Positions 56,755 through 64,000 of a stretch of 64,000 nt of DNA are shown one piece after another. Positions within the stretch are counted from its first letter, which is position 1. Each line of letters opens with the position of its first letter. The DNA comes from Candidatus Latescibacterota bacterium (lineage in GTDB: Bacteria; Latescibacterota; UBA2968; UBA8231). The translations under genes were made by a program, and so were the position numbers. The stretch spans positions 1,408,001 through 1,472,000 of the forward strand of contig CBDCXV010000010.1 in the NCBI GenBank assembly GCA_965223905.1. Reading direction: 5' to 3'. A model generated the notes under the pieces. It was not told where the DNA came from and did not search any database. It was given only the letters and a program-made list of their open reading frames with translations.

Positions 56755-57385
56755 GGTCGGATGGGACCCGCCCTCTCCTGCTGTCTCCGATGGAACTGCT
56801 GGAGAAGCGGGCGGCTCTGGTTCCCCCGCCCCGGTTTCATCTCCTGCGCTACCACGGGGTCCTGGCGCCCCGGGCCCGGGCCCGCGACCTCATCGTGCCG
56901 GCCCAGCCGGTTGCCGAGCCGGCGGCGGCGGACGGCTCGGCGAGCGCTGCGTCCTGCGGCCATCGGCTGCGGTGGGCGACCCTGCTGGCGCGGGTATTTT
57001 CCTCCGACCTCAGCGAATGCGCGGCCTGTGGCGGGCGCCTGAGAATCCTCGCCGCCCGGACCGATCCGGCCTCGATCCGGACCTATCTGGAGGGGGTAGG
57101 GCTGCCGGCGATGCCCCCGCCGAGGGCCCCGCCTGAGCCGCTGTTCGAGTTCGCCGCCTGACCTCCTCCGCGATTCGCTCCCTGCGCCGTGAGCCGTACG
57201 GAGGAGTACGCCCTCAAATACCAGATTGACCCCTGAAACGCGCCGAAATCCTTTACAACGGTGCTCGGAGCATGCCCGAACGATTCGGTGCGACGACAAG
57301 CGATTCATCAGGAACCCTGCCCAACCCTTGACAACAGTTTCAGCGAATTGATAGTACCGATATCGGTGCCTTATTTTTCCTATAC
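56755..57385 (+). mobile_element. IS91/ISCR-like remnant: transposase C-terminus + oriIS-like end
   Basis: ALVPPPRFHLLRYHGVLAP...WATLLARVF...CAACGGRLRI; ends CCTTATTTTTCCTATAC; 56755-57080 nearly identical to 59628-59940. Confidence 0.9.
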
Positions 57386-57446
57386 ATACGGTGGGTTAGT
57401 GGATTTGGTCATCGATCAGGTGGTCGACTAACTTTCCGTATTTGAC

Positions 57447-58103
57447 ATGGAGGCGGAAATGGAGCGGGTCTTCATTTACTGGGACAACTCGAATATTTTC
57501 CACGAAGCTCAACGTTTGGCGGCAGACTGCGAAGACGGTCCGGATGCCCGTTATCGCGTGCGGGTATCCTTCGAAAATCTGCTGCGTTTGGCCCACGCGG
57601 ACCGTCCGATGGAAAAGGCTTTTGCCGCCGGCTCGGTGCCTCCGGAGATGCGGCAACTCTGGAACCGGATGGAAGCGCAGGGCGTCGCTGTTCAGCTCTT
57701 TGACCGGGGCTCTCCGGGACGCGGGGAACAGGAGGTGCCGGACAAAGCGCTTCAATTGCGAATGTTGGAGGATGCGCTGGACTACAACGGTGACCCCGGG
57801 ATCGTTGTTCTGCTGACTGGTGACGGTGCGGGCTACCTGGAGGGCGCCGGCTTCCACAGCACGCTGGAGCGAATGCATCAACGCGGCTGGCGTGTAGAAA
57901 TACTTTCGTGGGCACATGCCACCAATCCGCGCATGCGGCGTTGGGCGGAAGCCAATGCCCTGTTCGTGGCGCTGGACGATTTCTACGAATCCATCACGTT
58001 TCTGGAGCCATCCAAACCGGGGCTTGAATTGGCCGCTCCCCGAAACGCTGCACAACTGGACCTGTCCCTGCGTCGGGTTTCGGAACCGCGTCCGTCGTCG
58101 TAA
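57447..58103 (+). CDS. NYN-domain (PIN-like, LabA/DUF88) ribonuclease
   Basis: IYWDNSNI, EQEVPDKAL, VLLTGDG, GWRVEILSW. Confidence 0.85.
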   Translation: MEAEMERVFIYWDNSNIFHEAQRLAADCEDGPDARYRVRVSFENLLRLAHADRPMEKAFAAGSVPPEMRQLWNRMEAQGVAVQLFDRGSPGRGEQEVPDKALQLRMLEDALDYNGDPGIVVLLTGDGAGYLEGAGFHSTLERMHQRGWRVEILSWAHATNPRMRRWAEANALFVALDDFYESITFLEPSKPGLELAAPRNAAQLDLSLRRVSEPRPSS

Positions 58104-58155
58104 GTGAGGTCATCTCCGACCAGCGACGATTTGTTGCATGAACTCCCATCGGGTG

Positions 58156-58461
58156 TCACGTAGGTGTTGCATCGCCACCCTCGACGATCACCAATTCGTT
58201 ATCGCCGACCCCGTTCAGACGGAATTTTCGGGCCTCCTGGTATTCCGGTGAGTGGTAGCACGCCACGGCATCATCGAAAGTCGGGAATTCCACGACCACG
58301 TGCCGCTGGTAGAACCCACCGTTATCCAGGTGCTCATGACGACTGCCGCGGGCCAGCACCTTCCCGCCGAACTTGTCGAGAATGTCCGGGACCAGATCCG
58401 TATATCGCTTGTATTCGACCGGATCATTGACTTTTGAGCGTGCGAGCCAATATGCGGGCAT
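58156..58461 (-). CDS. DUF1330-domain protein
   Basis: MPAY...FGGKVLARG...VVVEFP..DDAVACYHSPEYQEAR..R; AGGAGG RBS. Confidence 0.9.
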   Translation of the reverse strand: MPAYWLARSKVNDPVEYKRYTDLVPDILDKFGGKVLARGSRHEHLDNGGFYQRHVVVEFPTFDDAVACYHSPEYQEARKFRLNGVGDNELVIVEGGDATPT

Positions 58462-58507
58462 GGGTGCTGTCCTCCTGGTGCGTTGGGGGCGGTGAAACCG
58501 GCTCGTT

Positions 58508-58843
58508 TCACCATTCCTGATTCTTGACGACCACCTTGATGGCGCCGTCGAGTTTCTCGCGGGCGTGCCTGAAGGCCTCCGGCAGTTGGCTCAACGGAAA
58601 CGTGTGCGTGTGTACGGGCGATGCATCGAATTTCTGCTGCGCCATGAGCGCGGCGGCGCGCCGCACGGCACTTTGACCTTCGGCGCGAATTCCGAAAACG
58701 TAAATGTTGTTCATGACGATCTGGCTGATGTCCACGGTCACCGGCCGGTGCGAGAACGCGGCCAGGCAGATACGGGCACCGCGGTTGACCATGGCAATGA
58801 CGTCATCCAGCGCACTGGGTACTCTGGAGCATTCCAGGGCGAC
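58508..58843 (-). pseudogene. Zn-dependent alcohol dehydrogenase, C-terminal fragment
   Basis: VHTHTFPLSQLPEAFRHAREKLDGAIKVVV; 5' part replaced at the permease-end repeat. Confidence 0.75.
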
Positions 58844-58965
58844 GCGTGGTGATTGGGGGCCTGCTGCTGTCCACGCTGTTCACCCTGTTTCTGGTGCCTA
58901 CGTTCCTCAGCCTGGCGATGGATCTGAGAGCCTGGATCGGCCGCGTCGGGAGGGCAGTGTAAGGG
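58844..58965 (+). repeat. Diverged orphan copy of the RND permease 3' end
   Basis: Encodes VVIGGLLLSTLFTLFLVPTFLSLAMDLRAWIGRVGRAV*; mostly synonymous differences from 51518-51636. Confidence 0.9.
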
Positions 58966-59337
58966 TGGACGGCCCCTCCCCCTCCGGTGTTACGTCGGTT
59001 TGGGGTTGGGTGCAGAAAGTACGTTCGTGGGAGCTGCTGCGGTCAGCGCCCCGGCACTTCGGAGATGCAGATCGAGTATCAGGCGGACCGATACGTACAG
59101 CCCCAGCAGCTAACGGAACGCTGACCACGGACGGCCGGAGCGCCCGGGTGGGCAGCACAGCGCCGGTCTCTTACTGGATACGCCCAGGGGGTCCCCGGCG
59201 CCGGTCTGTGGCTTCGCGGCAACGAATGGGAGGGAATCTTCACACTCCCGTGCGCACCAACCCAGTCATAGAGCAAGTCCCCGGAATACAACCGACGCGA
59301 GCACGGGTGGTCCGCCCATTGCTGTGTGGCCGGCACC

Positions 59338-60255
59338 ATGCCGGTCACACCTGTCCGCCCACCCGAGTACCGCCGCCGCGAACCGGAAAAAGAGCCCCTC
59401 TACCAGATCCTCGCCGGGCATCTGGAAGCCTTTCTCCAGCACACCCGAACGTCCGAGCACCAACTGCCGCTCCACGTCGAGAAGGAGATGCGCGCCTACC
59501 TCGAATGCAGCATTCAGGCCTACGGGTTCGTGCGCGCCCGGTGTGAGGACTGCGGGGCGGGCTGGGCCGTTGCGTTTTCCTGCAAGAATCGGGGGTTCTG
59601 TCCCTCGTGCAGCGCTCAAAACGCCGTGGTCGGATGGGACCCGCCATCTCCTGCTGTCTCCGATGGAACTGCTGGAGAAGCTGGCGGCTCTGGTTCCCCC
59701 GCCCCGGTTTCATCTCCTGCGCTACCACGGGGTCCTGGCGCCCCGGGCCCTGGCCCGCGACCTCATCGTGCCGGCCGAGCCGGCGGCGGCGGACGGCTCG
59801 GCGAGCGCTGCGTCCTGCGGCCATCGGCTGCGGTGGGCGACCCTGCTGGCGCGGGTGTTTTCCTCCGACCTCAGCGAATGCGCGGCCTGTGGCGGGCGCC
59901 TGAGAATCATCGCCGCCCTGACCGATCCGGCCTCGATCCGATGCCATTTGACCGGCATCGGTTTGTCGGCCCGGCCCCCGGCCTTGGCCCCTGCCCGGAC
60001 CCCGCCGCAGCCGCCGTTCGAGTTCGCCGCCTGCCCTGCCTTCTCGACCCGTCGCCGTCGCCGGGCGTACGGCGGGGGGTGCCCTCAACGGTCCCTCAGG
60101 CCCCGGATTGATCCGGATACGGGCCTACAGGCAACCAAACTACTGCGAGCTCGGTCGAAGGACTGGCAACGATCCTCAGGGGAGTTGCCAGACCCTTGCG
60201 GTACGCTCAGCGCCTTGACCGAGAGTCCAAAAAAGGTGCCTCATTTTACCTATAC
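59338..60255 (+). mobile_element. IS91-family element with central deletion of the transposase
   Basis: N-terminal Zn domain (RAYLEC...CEDC...FSCKNRGFCPSC) fused out of frame at ~59612 to LKTPWSDGTRH...RYHGVLAP; no HUH region; ends CCTCATTTTACCTATAC. Confidence 0.85.
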
Positions 60256-60801
60256 TTTCGACGGACACGCATCTGTCGAAGCCTTGCCGCGTACCGAGGA
60301 GCGCGCCCCGAGCGGACCTATGGGTGCCCATCACGGGAGCGGCCTGCGTACGTTCGCGCCGGTGACACTGGATGCGGTAGTCCTTCTGAGCGGCGATCGG
60401 CGGCATCGGCGCCCGGAGGGCGCAAGCGTTAGCGATCGTTACCCGGAGGGACGAGACCGCTTCGGGCTCGGCTGGCCGAAGGCCAGTAGAGCGGGCCGCA
60501 AGGCAACGCCCCAGCGGAGGAGACCGGGGTGGTTGGAAACGGTCGGCGCTCGGAACACAATCGGTCGGCGGCGGGCTGCTTAGACGGTCGTCGTTAGGTC
60601 AGCTTGATCTGACGTTGGCTTGACCCCGGCAGAGCGGGACCGAGGGAGTTCGGTTCGCAGGTCCGCGGCGCCACCAGCTACGATTGACCGAAACAACAGG
60701 GAGAAGTGCGACATGACGATCGGCGTGCGTTCCGCCATCGTGCGATGCCAATGTGGTTTGGGAGCTGGGTGCACGGCGCCGGAATGAAGGGCAAGAAGAG
60801 C

Positions 60802-63800
60802 ATGGACATAGATGCATCGCCGGCAAGGCAGAGCGCGAACGGGGAGATCGTCGCCCATTCCCTGGGCGAGATTCGCTCGTTCCTAGATGAGCTCAAGCAC
60901 GGGAGCCGGAAGTACAGGACGATCGCCAGCCTCAGCGGCCAGATCGCGGAGGCCTATCGGGGACGGTGCGTACTCGAGCTGCTGCAGAACGCGCACGACG
61001 CGTTGACCGCGGCACCCGGCGGCGATCCCGGGCAGATCACGTTCGTGCTGGAGACCGAACCCGCGCCGGTGCTTCTGATCGCGAACAGCGGTCGCGCGTT
61101 CGAGCGCAGGGACTTTAAGGGGCTCTGCCGGCTCGGACAGAGCCCCAAGGATCCGAACAGGAGCGTCGGCAACAAGGGACTCGGCTTCCGCAGCGTCCTC
61201 GAGGTGGCCTCGGCGCCGGAGATCTGGTCGACCGGCACCTCGGAGGCCGGCCCCGCATTCGTCTTCCGCTTTGATCCGCAGGTGCGCGAGCGGGTTGCCG
61301 ATGCGCTAGCGGAACTGGAGGCGAAGGGACTCGAAACCCGTTCGCCGTTCGACCCGTCCGAGAGGCTCGTCGACTGGACCGAGGACCAACTGCAACGCTA
61401 TCGCGACCGGTTGAGGGCGGAGGGACTGGACGGTCCCACGGAGGCGATGCAGTACCTGTCGCCCTACGACCTACCGTTGCCGATAGGGGAAAACCGCGAG
61501 GCCACCGCCGAGTTGCTGCGCGACGGTCACGCAACCGTCGTGCGCCTGCCGCTCGACGGCGGTCGAACGGGGGACGTCGGCGAAGCGGTCGCGTCGGTGC
61601 GGACTCAGCTGGAGAATCTTCTGGACGTCTCGACGACGCTGTTCCTGTCCCGGCTGAAGACGCTCGTCGTGGCCATCGACGGTCGCCGGAGGACGGTTCG
61701 GCGGAGAGTGGATGCGGTGGAGGCGTTCGGCGAAGTCGGATGCGGACGGCGGGAGAGGGTGGGGATCTCGTGCTCGGATGCCGGGGAGGAGTCGGCGGCG
61801 GCCGCGCGGGTTTTGGTGTGGACGCGCGCGCTCGGCGGCGGCGACGACCCGGAGTGGGCGACCCGCATCGGCGACGCCGTGCGGCACCTGCCGAACAAGT
61901 GGCCCGAGGTCGATTCCGTGCAGGTGGGCATGGCCGTGCAGGAGGGGGAGGTCAGCGCCGAGGGCCGGTTCGTGATCTTCCTGCCGACCGAGATGGCGAC
62001 GGGAACCGGGGCGCACATCAACGCGCCGTTCTTCGGATCCCTGGATCGCCGACGGATCCTGTTCGAGGACGAGTACAACCGGCTGCTGCTCGACTGCGTG
62101 GTGGATCTCTCCCTGGACGTGATCGGGGATCTGGCGGCCGGCCAACCCGAGGAGGCCAGCGGCCGCGCGATAGTCGACATTCTCTCGTCGGATGGCGAGG
62201 TCGGCGAAATCGGCGATACCATGCTGGCGCTGCTGCGCGAGCGGGCCGCCGGCCGAGGCGCTCCGCTCGACGGCCGTCGGCTGATTCTGTGCGACGATGG
62301 CTGGGCCGCCCCCACGAAGGCGAGAACGATGCCCGAGGTGGCAGAACGTCTGGCGATAGGCGCACCGAACTGGCGGCGGGGCGCGGCGTTCAGGGTGGTC
62401 TCCTCTGCCCTCGACGGACGCGGGCGCGAGGTCGAAACCGTCCTCGAGGGGCTCGACGGGTCGGCGGCGCCGACGGCCGCGGAGTGGGTGCGGACGGTCG
62501 AGCGAGTGGCGCGCGGAGTGCAGTCGGGAGAGATCGACGCGACCTGGGACGGCTACCTGACGGCGACGATCGGCATGCTGCCGTGGAACCCCTTCAGGAT
62601 CAACAGGCCCGGCGCCGACGATGCGCTCGCGTCCGCGAGCTTTCTCCCGGTCCAGGATGGGCGCCTGATCAGTGCGGACGGTCCGGCCCGGGTCTTCTTC
62701 CAGCCGGTGATCGGGATCGACGACGCGGCGGAGCTGGTCGACACGGTGCCGGACTCCCTGACGCATCGGATCGCGTTCGTCCATAGCGATGTCCGGACTC
62801 ACGAAGAAGGGTCGCGCCGACGAAGTACGGAGGTGCACAAGTTCCTCGACGGCCGGTTCGCAAGAGGTTTCAGGCGGGAGGAGATCCTTCGGGACGTGGT
62901 GTTGGCCGCGGTACCGCCGATGCCGGCGGCGTTTGGAAGCGCGGAGGCGGCGCTGTGCGCGGAACTGGTGGGCTGGACTCTGGGGCTGCTCGGTGAGGAC
63001 CCGCCGGAGCCGCTGCTCGCACTGCTGGAGGACCTGCCGGTGGCGTGCGAGGGCGGGTGGCGCCCTGCACGCGAAGCCAGCTTCGGCGCCGGATGGCCAG
63101 AAAGGTCCGGCGAGAACTTGCGGACGCTCTGGGAGGAGCTATGCGGGGAAGCAGGCGAGCGCCTGCGCGCGAAGGCGCTGCTGGATCCCGGGGATGCGCG
63201 ATGGGGTGTCGACGTCGGCGGGCGGGCGGACCTCTTCGCACGCATCGGCGTCGCCAAGGGCCTTCGTCTGAGACCAGCGGATCGGCTGCGTTTCCAGATG
63301 GCGCAGCATGACTACGACCTTCCGGGCACGGCTCCGTCCGGAGTGCCCCGTGACGCCTGGGAGGCGTGGGGGGCCGCCGTGCGTCCGGAGGCCGAGCCCA
63401 AACACGTGGGTCCGTTCAACTACTATCTCGAGGGCGTCCTCGATCTGCCCGAGTTGCATGTCTGCGGCCACCTGAGCCAGGGGGGTCGCCGAGTGTTTTC
63501 GCGGCTCGTCGTCGATTCGATGCAGGGCTGGCCCGCCGGGTGGGAGCAGGCCACGGTGCGGAAGTCGGGCGGCGAAGCGAGTGTGTGGCGGATCACCTCC
63601 CCCCTGAAACACTGGCTGAGTGCGACGCCGTGGCTTTCGGACGGCGGCTTCGGGGAGCGCGTCCTTGCCGACCGCTGGCTGGTGCCTATGTCGCTTATCC
63701 GCGGCCAGGGCGAGCGGTTCCGTCACCTGCGTCCCCTGTCGCGCGAGTTGTCGCGCAGGCTGGACGGGGAAGCGGAACTGCTCGAGACGCTGCAACGACT

Positions 63801-64000
63801 GGGTCTCAACGTCTACCCCACCGATGGGGAGCGGATCGGGCCGGAGCTGCTCGACGCGCTGGCGGAAGCGTGGCAAACGGAAAGGGTGCTCCCGGGGCAG
63901 TTCGATGTGTTCCTGGGACAGCTGCGCCACGCCTGGCAGCACCTGGACGAGAGCAGGGGACTCCCGGGCGCTTTTCTGGTGCGGACCGCCCACCGGCGTT
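60802..64000 (+). CDS. Sacsin-like GHKL (HATPase) domain protein, partial, runs off the window
   Basis: Not in the ORF track (no stop). ATG 60802 (or 60784); ELLQNAHDA, ANSGRAF, VGNKGLGFRSV, FLPTEMATG..AHINAPF; same frame at the window end (FDVFLGQLRHAW). Confidence 0.85.
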   Translation, partial: MDIDASPARQSANGEIVAHSLGEIRSFLDELKHGSRKYRTIASLSGQIAEAYRGRCVLELLQNAHDALTAAPGGDPGQITFVLETEPAPVLLIANSGRAFERRDFKGLCRLGQSPKDPNRSVGNKGLGFRSVLEVASAPEIWSTGTSEAGPAFVFRFDPQVRERVADALAELEAKGLETRSPFDPSERLVDWTEDQLQRYRDRLRAEGLDGPTEAMQYLSPYDLPLPIGENREATAELLRDGHATVVRLPLDGGRTGDVGEAVASVRTQLENLLDVSTTLFLSRLKTLVVAIDGRRRTVRRRVDAVEAFGEVGCGRRERVGISCSDAGEESAAAARVLVWTRALGGGDDPEWATRIGDAVRHLPNKWPEVDSVQVGMAVQEGEVSAEGRFVIFLPTEMATGTGAHINAPFFGSLDRRRILFEDEYNRLLLDCVVDLSLDVIGDLAAGQPEEASGRAIVDILSSDGEVGEIGDTMLALLRERAAGRGAPLDGRRLILCDDGWAAPTKARTMPEVAERLAIGAPNWRRGAAFRVVSSALDGRGREVETVLEGLDGSAAPTAAEWVRTVERVARGVQSGEIDATWDGYLTATIGMLPWNPFRINRPGADDALASASFLPVQDGRLISADGPARVFFQPVIGIDDAAELVDTVPDSLTHRIAFVHSDVRTHEEGSRRRSTEVHKFLDGRFARGFRREEILRDVVLAAVPPMPAAFGSAEAALCAELVGWTLGLLGEDPPEPLLALLEDLPVACEGGWRPAREASFGAGWPERSGENLRTLWEELCGEAGERLRAKALLDPGDARWGVDVGGRADLFARIGVAKGLRLRPADRLRFQMAQHDYDLPGTAPSGVPRDAWEAWGAAVRPEAEPKHVGPFNYYLEGVLDLPELHVCGHLSQGGRRVFSRLVVDSMQGWPAGWEQATVRKSGGEASVWRITSPLKHWLSATPWLSDGGFGERVLADRWLVPMSLIRGQGERFRHLRPLSRELSRRLDGEAELLETLQRLGLNVYPTDGERIGPELLDALAEAWQTERVLPGQFDVFLGQLRHAWQHLDESRGLPGAFLVRTAHRR

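Noticed and set aside
57386-57441. Possible integron attC site (GTTAGT...ACTAAC hairpin)
   Set aside because: Core sites are in the wrong order for attC (RYYYAAC should come first), and no integron integrase or cassette array is visible
59000-59030. GGGGTTGGGTGCAGAAAGTACGTT as a Tn3-type inverted repeat
   Set aside because: Too short for the 38-bp consensus, with no partner IR or Tn3 transposase

Overview
High-GC bacterial DNA. The secreted protein at 42.9-47.1 kb ends in a DFDGDG-EF-hand plus PNPFN/FlgD tail. I associate that tail with Latescibacterota/Gemmatimonadota-type, often sponge-associated genomes (inference). The first ~32.6 kb is a dense, partly eroded defence island. It holds, in order: an ABC-ATPase + DUF4276 pair and a DUF499 ATPase, an AT-rich three-gene cassette, a complete Wadjet (JetABCD, type III-like) operon, a ~1435-aa STAND/NACHT-like NTPase-nuclease split by an IS1380 element, an ISKra4-type IS, McrBC with EVE-like reader domains, a broken YgjP/M48 gene and a three-gene double-HEPN cassette. 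The middle carries katG, RavA-ViaA-like genes, two putative glycoside hydrolases, an M9 collagenase-WD40 protein and an RND efflux pair. The 51.6-60.3 kb region is a mosaic of gene fragments bounded by a diverged duplicate of the RND permease 3' end. A sacsin-like GHKL ATPase, missing from the ORF track, follows and runs off the window. The most unusual cross-cutting signal is a set of non-autonomous IS91/ISCR-like end pieces (...TTTTTCCTATAC-type ends, some carrying an outward TTGACA promoter). They sit repeatedly just upstream of unrelated cargo genes. No rRNA, tRNA or CRISPR array was recognised. All family calls come from motif recognition by eye, not from searches.
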